NCBI GenBank assembly: GCA_037310415.1
Contig: CP147780.1
Span: 32,001 to 96,000, forward strand
Source of the DNA: Candidatus Atabeyarchaeum deiterrae
GTDB taxonomy: Archaea; Asgardarchaeota; Atabeyarchaeia; Atabeyarchaeales; Atabeyarchaeaceae
Direction of reading: 5' to 3'
Length of the DNA stretch: 64,000 bases
Shown piece after piece: positions 1 through 9,481 of the stretch (within the stretch, counting starts at the first letter, position 1; every line of letters begins with the position of its first letter). The translations under genes were made by a program, and so were the position numbers. The notes below the pieces were generated by a model. The model saw nothing but the letters and a program-made list of their open reading frames with translations. It was not told the origin of the DNA and did no database searches.

Positions 1-413
1 CAACTATTCTCGGATGACGTATTTAAGGAACCGTTGAAACCCACCTCTAAAGAGCGTGGGCTTGCACTCTGCGTTCCTGTAAAGAAGCAGTTGGCGCGGA
101 CATGCCAAGGCATATTACACCGGATAATCCGCTCAGTTCAGAGCATTGCCTGATTGATGTATTGGGTTTTAGCTTTCCATTGCAACCCGGTCACGTGTGT
201 TCGGCGTACCATTTGTCTTAATCAGAAACTGGGCAGATTCTCTTGCCCAAGAAACCTTAAAATAAAACTATGTTGAATCACATTAGGACCAGCATGTTCT
301 TGTACTCTAGTTTAAATGATCTGAATCATTTATCATTTCTTCTAACTCATAGCGGTTAACGCAACATGTGAGCGAGCGAACTCGTCAATTCAGTCTTATT
401 CGGAGAGATAAAA

Positions 414-3404
414 GTGGCAGTCAAGGAGATTCCAAAACAGCTTTCGCTTCGAGAGCTTGAGCAGAGAACCTTGGAAGAGTGGCGTGTCAACAAGATATAC
501 GAGAAAGCAAAGGAGAAGCTGAAAGGAAAACCTCGCTTCAACTTCATAGATGGACCGCCGTACACCACCGGTTCGATCCACTTGGGGACAGCTTGGAACA
601 AGATAATGAAAGACATAGTCCTGCGATTCAAGAGGATGAGAGGATTTGAGGTAAACGACACACCTGGATACGATATGCATGGGCTACCTATAGAAGTCAA
701 AGTGGAGCAGGAGCTGAATATCAAAAGCAAGAAGGAAATAGAGACGAATGTCGTCAAGTTCGTAGAGAAATGTAGAGAGTTCGCGCTTAGCAACTTAGAT
801 ACGATGAGTCAGCAATTCAGTGAGCTTGGAGTTTGGATGGATTGGAAGAAACCCTACATGACGCTGAGCGATTCATACATAGAAGGAATATGGAAGACAA
901 TCAAACTTGCCTATGATAGGGGCTACGTGTATAGAGGAGTGAAGGTTCTCGAAGTCTGCCCAAGATGTGAGACGGCGCTCGCGAGACACGAGCATGAATA
1001 TCACACCGTCACCGACGTTTCAATATTCGTGAAGTTCAAGATTAAGTCAAGACCAAATGAATTTTTGTTAGTGTGGACTACTACACCGTGGACATTGCCA
1101 GCCAACTTGGCAGTTATGGTTCACCCGGACTTCGAGTATGTTAAGGCAAAGGTTGGGACCGAGGTTTGGGTAATAGCCAAAGCTATGGCAACAACCTTGC
1201 TGCAAGGCGTGTTCGAAAAGAACTTTGAGGTTCTCGAAGAATTCAAGGGAATGGATCTCGAGGGATTGAAATATGAGCACCCCTTAGTACAGGAGGTCCC
1301 GATTCAAGCTGAACTCGACAAGAAGTACAAGAAAGCACATACTGTTGTTCTTAGCGCTGACTACGTGACTCTTGAACAGGGAACCGGGTTGGTTCATTGT
1401 GCGCCAGGGCACGGACCTGAAGACTTCGAAGTGGGAAAGCAGAACGGCTTGCCTCCGTTCTCACCTTTGGATGTTTCTAAGTTTTCGTCTGAAGGCGGCA
1501 AATATGCAGGCATGTTCCCCAAGAAAGCTGACGAGCTCATAATCAACGACTTGGAGCACAAAGGGCTACTAGTATACAAGGGCACCATAGAGCATGAATA
1601 TGCTCATTGCTGGAGGTGCAAGAGCCCGCTTCTGTTCCAAGCCACAAGCCAATGGTTCATAAAAGTGGTCAGCTTAAAGGATGAAATGCACAAAATGAAC
1701 AGTGAAACATCATGGGTTCCTGACTGGGCTGGCCACCAGTGGTTCAAGAACTGGATTGATGGACTACAGGACTGGTGCATATCTCGACAGAGATACTGGG
1801 GAGCCCCCTTACCCATGTGGATCTGTGACAAGTGTGGGCATGTGGAGGTTCTTGGTTCAAAGCAGGAACTTGTCGCAAAATCTGGCAAAACACCAAAGGA
1901 GCTCCACAGACCTTGGGTTGACGAAGCAACCTGGAAATGTGAACAGTGCCATGGAAAAGGTACGAAGCGTAGAATATCCGATGTCTTAGATGTTTGGCTT
2001 GACAGTGGATCATGCATATGGGCTACGCTACCCGTCACAACCGGAATGGCAGACTATGATGACTGGAAGGAACTGGATTTCATAATTGAAGGGAAGGAAC
2101 AGATAAGGGGATGGTTCAATTCGCTCATGTGCTCAAGCATGGTTGCGTACGGCAGGTGGCCATACAAATCAGTTTACATGCATGGATTCATGTGCGATGA
2201 ACAAGGACGGGAAATGCACAAGTCGCTCGGTAACTATATTGAACCATCAGAAGTCATACCAAAACACGGCGTCGAATCATATAGGTTCTATGTCTCCAAA
2301 TCGGCGCCACCAGGCGAAGATATACGCTTTAATTGGAAGGATGTCGCGGACACGGAGAGGTTCTTAAACATTACTTGGAACGTCTACGTATTCGCATCAA
2401 CGTTCATGGCTGAGGCTGGATTCAATCCTGGCAAGGTCAGGAGCACAAAAGTTCAGCTTCTGCCAGAAGATAAGTGGATACTCTCGCGCACAAACTCCGT
2501 GGTCAAACAGATAACCAACGAACTGGATGGCTACCAGATACCCACTGTGACGAGGCTACTGCAGGATCTGATTGTCAAGGATTTGAGCAGGTGGTACATA
2601 AGATTAATCCGAGCAAGGACATGGGTCACGACTTCAGGCCCAAGCAAGACAGCGGCACTCAACACATTATTCAATGTCCTCGAGAAACTGACTTACATAC
2701 TCGCGCCAATAACTCCCATACTCGCTGAGGCTTTGTACCAGTCGCTTGTCAGACCGACCATGGCGAATCCACCAGAAAGCGTGCATCTTTGCGAGTGGCC
2801 AAAGCACTCAGAAGAACTAATAAACACTGACCTTGAAGCAAAGATGGACCACGTGCGGGAAATAGTCGAAGGAACACTGGCAATAAGACAGGAAGCAAAA
2901 GTAAAACTAAGGTGGCCTTGCAGGAGACTTGTGATAGTTCCCAAGGAAAAAGAATGGGTCGACATACGTGAGCTCCTGGAAGTTGTAAGAGACCAAGCAA
3001 GTGTCAAAGAAGTACATATCCTCAGCAAACTCTTGGCAAAGGACAAGACTGAGGACCTGAGAGAAAAGGAAACCTCGACATGCACGATATACCTTGACGT
3101 ATCAACCACTGAAGAACTTGAATCAGAAAGACTCGCAAAAGACTTCACGCGACAAGTTCAATCACTCAGAAAGAAATATGGATACATTGTGACCGACAAG
3201 ATAGAGCTAGTAGTAGCGAGCAAGGACAAACAAATACTCGAAGGGCTCGAGAAACAAGAACAACAAATCAAGAGCAAGATTGGAGCGGTGAAAATAGAGG
3301 GACTTGGGGAAATGCCAGAAGAACTCAAAGACTACGACGCTAAAGGCGAATTCAAATATCAAGATGAGAAGATTCAGGTAGCGTTCCGACGAAAGAAAAC
3401 TTAA
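414..3404 (+). CDS. ileS: Isoleucine--tRNA ligase (archaeal/eukaryote-type)
   Basis: 996 aa; DGPPY..GSIHLGTAWNK (HIGH), WTTTPWTLPAN and GTGLVHCAPGHG (editing domain), DWCISRQRYWG, EMHKSLGN (KMSKS variant). Confidence 0.97.
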   Translation: MAVKEIPKQLSLRELEQRTLEEWRVNKIYEKAKEKLKGKPRFNFIDGPPYTTGSIHLGTAWNKIMKDIVLRFKRMRGFEVNDTPGYDMHGLPIEVKVEQELNIKSKKEIETNVVKFVEKCREFALSNLDTMSQQFSELGVWMDWKKPYMTLSDSYIEGIWKTIKLAYDRGYVYRGVKVLEVCPRCETALARHEHEYHTVTDVSIFVKFKIKSRPNEFLLVWTTTPWTLPANLAVMVHPDFEYVKAKVGTEVWVIAKAMATTLLQGVFEKNFEVLEEFKGMDLEGLKYEHPLVQEVPIQAELDKKYKKAHTVVLSADYVTLEQGTGLVHCAPGHGPEDFEVGKQNGLPPFSPLDVSKFSSEGGKYAGMFPKKADELIINDLEHKGLLVYKGTIEHEYAHCWRCKSPLLFQATSQWFIKVVSLKDEMHKMNSETSWVPDWAGHQWFKNWIDGLQDWCISRQRYWGAPLPMWICDKCGHVEVLGSKQELVAKSGKTPKELHRPWVDEATWKCEQCHGKGTKRRISDVLDVWLDSGSCIWATLPVTTGMADYDDWKELDFIIEGKEQIRGWFNSLMCSSMVAYGRWPYKSVYMHGFMCDEQGREMHKSLGNYIEPSEVIPKHGVESYRFYVSKSAPPGEDIRFNWKDVADTERFLNITWNVYVFASTFMAEAGFNPGKVRSTKVQLLPEDKWILSRTNSVVKQITNELDGYQIPTVTRLLQDLIVKDLSRWYIRLIRARTWVTTSGPSKTAALNTLFNVLEKLTYILAPITPILAEALYQSLVRPTMANPPESVHLCEWPKHSEELINTDLEAKMDHVREIVEGTLAIRQEAKVKLRWPCRRLVIVPKEKEWVDIRELLEVVRDQASVKEVHILSKLLAKDKTEDLREKETSTCTIYLDVSTTEELESERLAKDFTRQVQSLRKKYGYIVTDKIELVVASKDKQILEGLEKQEQQIKSKIGAVKIEGLGEMPEELKDYDAKGEFKYQDEKIQVAFRRKKT

Positions 3405-3407
3405 TAA
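3391..3407 (+). promoter_or_regulatory. Putative BRE/TATA promoter of the tRNA gene, overlapping the ileS stop codon
   Basis: GAAAGAAAAC-TTAATAA ends about 34 nt upstream of the mature tRNA 5' end. Confidence 0.45.
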
Positions 3408-3440
3408 CACCAACTAAACAGAGAGAAAAACAATGCCATA

Positions 3441-3652
3441 GGGCCCGTGGCTTAGCCTGGCTTACTTTGGGATCATACTTTCGTTTGTTCCCTTTGTCCA
3501 GACAAAGCGACAGTTGATGGCGACAGCCGTCGCCGCGAAGGCCTTATACGACCACGCTTTGTACAAAGCCTGAGACAGCCGTAAGAGTTAGGGTAATCGG
3601 CTAGGCGATTGCCTCTTCGGTAAGATCGTGGGTTCGAATCCCACCGGGCCCA
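3441..3652 (+). tRNA. tRNA-Ile(TAT) with four introns (proposed exons 3441-3462, 3504-3511, 3540-3548, 3577-3583, 3624-3652)
   Basis: Acceptor stem GGGCCCG/CGGGCCC plus A73; T arm GTGGG-TTCGAAT-CCCAC. The spliced product gives D stem GCTT/AAGC, anticodon stem ACGGC/GCCGT with loop CTTATAA, and variable loop AGATC, 75 nt in total. BHB central helices are evident for introns 1, 3 and 4. Confidence 0.85.
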
Positions 3653-3658
3653 TCACTA

Positions 3659-3680
3659 CTTTTCCAAGTTTTTTCATTTT
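3659..3680 (+). terminator. T-rich archaeal terminator after the tRNA
   Basis: CTTTTCCAAGTTTTTTCATTTT directly downstream of the discriminator base. Confidence 0.5.
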
Positions 3681-3908
3681 GATTCTCTTCAGATATGCGC
3701 TAGGTCGTACAAGAAAAATGTTTTGCGGTGGAGTGTCCCCTCTTGGCCGCTCAGTGCGGAAGAGACGTTATATGACCTTTACAAGATGGAGAGATAAGCC
3801 TTGAGCCAGTTTCATTCTCTGAACTCAGAAAGAGCTACTTAATCGTCTAAACAGTTCACATCTTTCATCATAAAAAAAGGAGGAAGTTCTTGCAGTGCAT
3901 TCTTTGCT

Positions 3909-6080
3909 CTACAAGATTCTGAAGCAACCGAAGCACGGGAATCTGATAGGCGTGACACTGAATTGGTAGTCTGCCCAACCATTAGACATAGTCGGGCTGA
4001 CGATCATGATCACGTAGCTGATCTGTCCAGCGTATCCCAAGGTCCAACCTGTCTCAGTCTTGTGATTGAGCCACATGTCGTATGGAACGTACATCGTACC
4101 ACAGCGTGTCTGTATTGCGCAGACGAGCGTCACCTGGAAGTTTATGTCAGGATAGACTGGAGTCAATGTCAGTGCGCTGCCGCTCACGCTTGCGCCCTGT
4201 ATGAACCATCCTTCGTATGTGGTCGCCCAGTCAGTCATGTAGCGGAATCCTATCAAGACGTTTTGTCCTGAGTAGTAGGACAGGTCGAATGTCATAGTGG
4301 TCCAACTAGGCCAGTCTGGGTTATAGTCTGTGAGTCCAGGGAGGTTTGCGACAATATCTGGATGCGCTGATGGGTCGTGATCTGAAGTAGCGTACTCATT
4401 TGCCAGTGATGTCCACGTATTGCCATTGTCTGTTGAGACTTGCACGAAGCAGAAGTCCCAGAAGGATTCTGCGCCATACATTGTAACCAATGTGAGAACC
4501 GGATTTGATGGATCCACATAAGCTTTGCCAAAGAGAAGCGCGTTATATAGATCTGCACTTCCTGACCACCAGTAACCACCAGTGCTATTGAAAGTCCAGC
4601 CAAATACGGAGGAGTCATCTCCGTTAAATTGTACAAGTGCCAGCTTTCTCCAGTCTTGGAATTTTATGTAGTCGCTGCCATAAGCCCCGATCATTGATAC
4701 ACCCGTGTCATAGCCCAAGATTGTCTTTGTCGTTCCGAAGTCTGTGCCCCTGGTCCAGGGAACCGGCAAGCAATTGATGTCATGCATCGCTACTTGAGTT
4801 ATCGCTGGGTCATTCAGGTTTATGCTCTTGTAGTTGTATTTTCCGCATCCTGGGAAGTCTGAGCGGATCAGGTTCGCAAGTCTCCAGTTGTGGTACACAT
4901 CGTCGAACCTAACCTTGTATCCAAAACTAGACAAAACGGAGTCAACGCCTTGGATCCCCGGGATGCCTGACTGCACGTATTGCGTAAGGAAGCCAACTCC
5001 ACCGTAGTGGTCAGTCAGGTAGTGTGCCCATAGTTCGGCGGCACCGTAATCTGCGAGAATGTTGATGTCTCCTTGGTCGCCCCACTGCGTCAGCGAATTG
5101 TCTGGGGTTGCAAAGTAGCTGTTGATATCGTTCGTATCTATTCCGAAGCCGCATAGGTACTCGGCGTACATGCTGCAGCCTTCATTCATGAATAGGTCAC
5201 CAGCAGGTTGCCAGTCTTGGTGGATATCGTGTTGGAATTCATGCGCGACTGTTCCCTCGTAGGTGTGAGGTCGGTTGACAACGAGTTCTGGATGATCAGG
5301 GAACCATTGCTGTCCTTCGGCACCGAGTCTTCGCCACCACTGCCAGCAGTCAATGTGGATCATGTTCCTATTGTAGTAGACCAATGACTGAGTTGGACTG
5401 TAGAATCCGATTGTGTAGTACGGGTAGTTCGGGTCGTAGTAATTAGCATCGCGGATGTTGAGAACTTTCAGTATGACTCTCTGTGGGTTCGTCGTATTAA
5501 TCCAGTTCCAGTAGTACGATGGGAAACCCGATAGCTCAAAGATGGTATTTGTCCCATCTTTATCGAAGGGCTTTCCAAAGGAGTTTGTGTCCGTTGGGTA
5601 TATGATATTGTTGAATTCGTCTGCAAGATATTGGCACATTTCGTCAGTAATCGTCAGGTTGAGTACGTAGCCATTTCTTGGGTCGCCAGGTAGGAACCAT
5701 AGGTAGTCCTGTGTCCAGACTTCAACATTTCCTGATATAGCTCTGAGTGTCATATAAGGTTGGGATCCAGTCAGAGTGCCTCTGCTTATCGATCTCAGGT
5801 AATAATCGTATACCTTAGTGCCAATTGGAGGAGTCGTTCCGACGGCGAGAGCGTTTGCCTCAGCGTATGCGCCATCTGTTTCCTGTAAGTCAGACGCAGC
5901 GTTCACGGTAGGCATTGCTACTGTTCCTGCCAGACCACTTCGCCAATCCACTGGCTGGTAGTCTGGAAGAGACTTGCTAGATGGGCTGGATGGACTTGAT
6001 GCTTGCACCGGTAAGGCTAGGGAATACATTGAAAGCGACAATGTCACGACGATAAACATTGCTAGAATCTTCTTGTTCAT
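3909..6080 (-). CDS. Secreted zinc metallopeptidase (immune inhibitor A / M6-M30-like) with C-terminal beta-sandwich domain
   Basis: Signal peptide; AHEFQH (HExxH) followed by NEG; C-terminal WDF..VQVSTDNGNTW...FDLS.Y.G..V.IGFRY.TD motif typical of InhA-like proteins. Confidence 0.8.
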   Translation of the reverse strand: MNKKILAMFIVVTLSLSMYSLALPVQASSPSSPSSKSLPDYQPVDWRSGLAGTVAMPTVNAASDLQETDGAYAEANALAVGTTPPIGTKVYDYYLRSISRGTLTGSQPYMTLRAISGNVEVWTQDYLWFLPGDPRNGYVLNLTITDEMCQYLADEFNNIIYPTDTNSFGKPFDKDGTNTIFELSGFPSYYWNWINTTNPQRVILKVLNIRDANYYDPNYPYYTIGFYSPTQSLVYYNRNMIHIDCWQWWRRLGAEGQQWFPDHPELVVNRPHTYEGTVAHEFQHDIHQDWQPAGDLFMNEGCSMYAEYLCGFGIDTNDINSYFATPDNSLTQWGDQGDINILADYGAAELWAHYLTDHYGGVGFLTQYVQSGIPGIQGVDSVLSSFGYKVRFDDVYHNWRLANLIRSDFPGCGKYNYKSINLNDPAITQVAMHDINCLPVPWTRGTDFGTTKTILGYDTGVSMIGAYGSDYIKFQDWRKLALVQFNGDDSSVFGWTFNSTGGYWWSGSADLYNALLFGKAYVDPSNPVLTLVTMYGAESFWDFCFVQVSTDNGNTWTSLANEYATSDHDPSAHPDIVANLPGLTDYNPDWPSWTTMTFDLSYYSGQNVLIGFRYMTDWATTYEGWFIQGASVSGSALTLTPVYPDINFQVTLVCAIQTRCGTMYVPYDMWLNHKTETGWTLGYAGQISYVIMIVSPTMSNGWADYQFSVTPIRFPCFGCFRIL

Positions 6081-6384
6081 CCGGTGATTTTCCCTCTTCC
6101 TAATTTTACCCTCTGAGGCTCAGCTATCTCCGCTTCTCCCTTTTTAGCTTTACGGAAATAAGAATTACGTAAGGATGATTCTGAACCACGAACCGTATTA
6201 CGAGTTAACAACGAAGATGCCGACACAGTGCTTGACTTCTCGTTATCAGCCCCGTTTGATCGCTTCTTCAAGTCTTGGTTTTTGACCTTATCTTAAGACA
6301 GCTTGTCGCAAAAGACGAAACGCGTTGGTCTTCCTCTATATGTCAGACCAAGTCTTATTATGGCATTTCGGCAAAATAGAGGTT

Positions 6385-7014
6385 ATGAAACTATCACAGC
6401 TTGAACTCATCGAGAGATACTCCAAAAAGCAGACGAACAAGCTTGGACCTTATGCTTGGTCACACGTGAGACGAGTATACCGTATTTGTTTAAGGATGGC
6501 GAAAACTGAGAACGAGAACCGCGTGGATCTGGATGTTCTTGAAGCCGCAGCTTTATTGCATGATGTTGGCAAGTATATTGAGAAAAGTGATCCCGAGACG
6601 GATCATGGCCTTATCGGCGCCAGAATGGCAGAGGATATTTTGAAGAAATGTGGCTTCGAGATGGAGAAGATGAAATCAGTATCTCATGCCATTAGAGCTC
6701 ATACTCATGCAGTTGAGCCTAACTTAGTGGAAGCAAGGATCCTCCACGATGCCGACTATATAGACAAGGTTGGAGCTGTCGGTGTGGCAACCATTCTGAT
6801 CAAAGCATGTCTGTCAGACGCGACCATCGAGGAGGTACTAGAGACATTCAATTCTGGAGAACAGGGAGAATCTCCTGTGGCCAAACATATCGGCCAGATT
6901 AGGAAACCACATCTCTATACCAATACGGCTAGAAAGGTTGTGGCGAGAAGAAATCAGACAGTCGTAAAATTCTTCAGTCAATTGAAGAAGGAATTGGAAT
7001 TGCGCGACTTCTGA
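6385..7014 (+). CDS. HD-domain phosphohydrolase
   Basis: H..RV, AALLHDVGK, DH, AH.H, LHDAD.IDK.GAVG; start placed at MKLSQ (ORF track starts at 6325). Confidence 0.85.
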   Translation: MKLSQLELIERYSKKQTNKLGPYAWSHVRRVYRICLRMAKTENENRVDLDVLEAAALLHDVGKYIEKSDPETDHGLIGARMAEDILKKCGFEMEKMKSVSHAIRAHTHAVEPNLVEARILHDADYIDKVGAVGVATILIKACLSDATIEEVLETFNSGEQGESPVAKHIGQIRKPHLYTNTARKVVARRNQTVVKFFSQLKKELELRDF

Positions 7015-7085
7015 GTCTAAAAGACCGTGTCAGCGTACAAAACAAGAAACGGCGTGTTTCTCATCGTCCGCGTCCGAACTTAGTG

Positions 7086-7529
7086 CTAGCCAGCGATTTC
7101 CTTCTCGAGCTTGTCTGCTAAGTCGAACACGATGTCTTGGAAGTTGAGTTTGACTACAGGGGCGTGTATTCCTTCCAAGAAGTTGTTCAAACGTTTTATG
7201 GCATTTAACAAATCTAGATCAGTCTTAGCCATGTTTACGTTGAAGAGAACCATCGTGAGCTCTTCCCCAGCCTCCCTGATCAATAGATCTTCAAGTGAGA
7301 GTTTGATCTTCTGAGCCAAGCTTGTGTCGGTTAGAGTGAAGTTGTTTCCGTCTGTGGTTTTCTTTACCACGTCCGCCTTGAGGAGCTGGCTTAAGTGATC
7401 CTTGATCTTGGAGTAAGAGACACCTGTGAGGTCGGTTATCATCTTTGTCGAAGCGTTTTGAAAAGCCACCAGAACCTTCAGCACCTGTGTGACCTCTGGT
7501 GACTCAATTATCTTCTCAACGGAACTCAT
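7086..7529 (-). CDS. Winged-helix (ArsR-like) DNA-binding protein
   Basis: ASTKMITDLTGVSYSKIKDHLSQLLKADVVKK wHTH pattern; start probably MSSVEK (ORF track extends to 7670). Confidence 0.65.
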   Translation of the reverse strand: MSSVEKIIESPEVTQVLKVLVAFQNASTKMITDLTGVSYSKIKDHLSQLLKADVVKKTTDGNNFTLTDTSLAQKIKLSLEDLLIREAGEELTMVLFNVNMAKTDLDLLNAIKRLNNFLEGIHAPVVKLNFQDIVFDLADKLEKEIAG

Positions 7530-7733
7530 AATCAGCATCCCCAGATTAGTATGTCTCCAAACATCTATATGAAGCATTTTGTCGCAATGTATGTTAAAAG
7601 GATTGCTGTCATATTGCGGGATCCACGTTCCCCCAACATTTTGAGGGTGTATCGGTCTCATCGTCCTCATATGAATGAAATGGCTCTCTCGGGCGATATA
7701 TCCTAGGTAACGACTTCGCTCAAAATGAAGGAT

Positions 7734-8032
7734 TCAAGAGCTCCTTATGGAGTACTGAATTTTGGAGAAACGAATATTAGGTGCGAGTCCGGCGCGTCTC
7801 AGCATCTCTGCTACTCTCTCAGCAATCTCAATCTCGTTGCCCTGAGGGATCACGTTGAAGGTTTGGGAATTGCAGTTGCGTCGTTCCTTATCCACCCATC
7901 TGTAAAATACAGACCCATAAGGTAAGCCCGCTGCCAAGAAGAGAGAGCGCCAACATTCATCCAATACCTACAACGAGAACTCTTCTTCGTTGCATCAGAA
8001 ACATCATTATTAGAAGAGTTATCATTGCACAA
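7734..8032 (-). pseudogene. Frameshifted, truncated LAGLIDADG homing endonuclease remnant
   Basis: AYLMGLYFTDGWI (LAGLIDADG helix) in one frame continues as QGNEIEIAERVAEMLRRAGLAPNI in another frame; early stops. Confidence 0.6.
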
Positions 8033-8265
8033 TTCTGAAAATCACCTCGACCCTAGGGGAAGGATGATTTCTCCGCATGCTGCCAGGCTACCAACCTGAG
8101 CCCACCCCGAGCGACCAGATGTTGAGCGAGCCAAAAATCTGTACGGATTGCGCGCCTGTAAACTGCCACAATTGGACTCTAAACACAGAACCTGGAGAAC
8201 AACGAATTACATTATCATTGAGGTCAGACAAAGTGCGGACAGACAGATTCTGGCAAGAAGACAGC

Positions 8266-8745
8266 TCAAATAAAAGAAATCGCTCCGTACTTGCAGTAGA
8301 TTTCACAATCGCGGCATATTGAGCTTGTAACGCTGTTTCGGCGGCACTTTGACAGATCGATTATTATGACCCTGCCGTTTTTGATCGCTAAAACTAGTTT
8401 GCTTCTGTCGTTTGGCTCCCTGCCAAATGATGTTATGGGTTCTTCGGCTTGGTTTACTGGGCAGATCTCTACGCAGACACCGCAACCAGTGCATTTGCTT
8501 TCATCTATTAGGATGCCAGTCTTGGATGCTTTCTCAAGTGGGGCCAGTAATTGCTTCAGTTCCTCCATTTGCTTATAAAAGCGAGGATCGGTCAACGGTG
8601 GGCATTCGGTATACTTCTTCTCCCCTTTTTGCAGTTTATATACGAAAGCCATACAGCTTGGCTCACCACATTTCGCGCAGTTTAGTTTTGGGAGCAATTT
8701 GTATAGTTGGAGTGGACTAACACTTGCCATTGATACGAACCACAC
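8266..8745 (-). CDS. Fe-S domain plus ferredoxin protein (FwdG/RnfB-N-like)
   Basis: LYKLLPKLNCAKCGEPSCMAF...CPPL Fe-S domain; CTGCGVCVEICP and C..C...C ferredoxin motifs. Confidence 0.8.
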   Translation of the reverse strand: MWFVSMASVSPLQLYKLLPKLNCAKCGEPSCMAFVYKLQKGEKKYTECPPLTDPRFYKQMEELKQLLAPLEKASKTGILIDESKCTGCGVCVEICPVNQAEEPITSFGREPNDRSKLVLAIKNGRVIIIDLSKCRRNSVTSSICRDCEIYCKYGAISFI

Positions 8746-8884
8746 ACGCTAGCTTCTTCATGTCAAATCAGATTGCGTCTAAAGACCTTTTGTCTCAATT
8801 GCTGTAATGAGAAATGTGCTCTGAACTTGAGGATCTCTGCATTTGTATTTCTCTTCGTACTGCAGAATTAACGACAGTTTTTCT

Positions 8885-9385
8885 TCAATTTAACACTTTG
8901 TCTAACACAGTTGAAAGAGAAATGAATTCGAAGACGCCATCGATTTTGTCGGCCAGCCAAACGATAAATGATAGCCATGATGACGGGGAGAAACGAAGGT
9001 TCAAAGGAAACATGTGAGAATTGATGGCTCTTACAACTTGCTCGTCCTCTCCTATGTTGCGAGCAATCAAAGCGCTTCTCAGCGGATGTTTTAGCATTTG
9101 AGTTGTGGTTGACTCTTTGGAGCCAGGGTGAAGACCGCAGTCGTGAAGTAGACCTGCCCTCGCAGCTTTTGTCCTATCCTGCCGTAGGATTCCAGCAATC
9201 GTATAGGAGAGATACGCGACCCTCAGAGAGTGGTTATACCGAGATTTTCTAATTCGAAGACTCCCATTCTTCTCTGTTGCCACGCGGCTCGATATTGAGT
9301 GCCCGCGATAGTACCTCAAGCGTGTGACTTCTTTCACTGACAGGAGGTCGTGTATGCTGCGAATAAAGTCCTCAAGCATTGCCAC
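8885..9385 (-). CDS. HD-domain protein
   Basis: NHSLRVA, AGLLHD, KHP, SHMFP, ADKI. Confidence 0.8.
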   Translation of the reverse strand: MAMLEDFIRSIHDLLSVKEVTRLRYYRGHSISSRVATEKNGSLRIRKSRYNHSLRVAYLSYTIAGILRQDRTKAARAGLLHDCGLHPGSKESTTTQMLKHPLRSALIARNIGEDEQVVRAINSHMFPLNLRFSPSSWLSFIVWLADKIDGVFEFISLSTVLDKVLN

Positions 9386-9481
9386 TGAGCAACTCTTTAG
9401 AAGGGATAATTATGGGAAAGCAGAGATTCGGTGCTGACCGTAATACGGTATTTCGAGCATATCTTGCTTTTATCGTTCTGA

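Noticed and set aside
356-793. Antisense and alternate-frame ORFs over ileS, and similar shadow ORFs throughout the track
   Set aside because: They overlap well-supported genes and have no recognisable motifs.
6077-6271. 64-aa ORF upstream of the peptidase
   Set aside because: Covers the probable promoter region; no motif or clear ribosome-binding site.
3624-7670. Element integrated at the tRNA 3' end (peptidase and HD genes follow the tRNA)
   Set aside because: No duplicated tRNA 3' end (att site) and no integrase found in the window.
8266-8745. Selenocysteine read-through in TGA-terminated Cys-rich ORFs
   Set aside because: The TGA falls at the natural end of the ferredoxin domain and no SECIS-like element was recognised.
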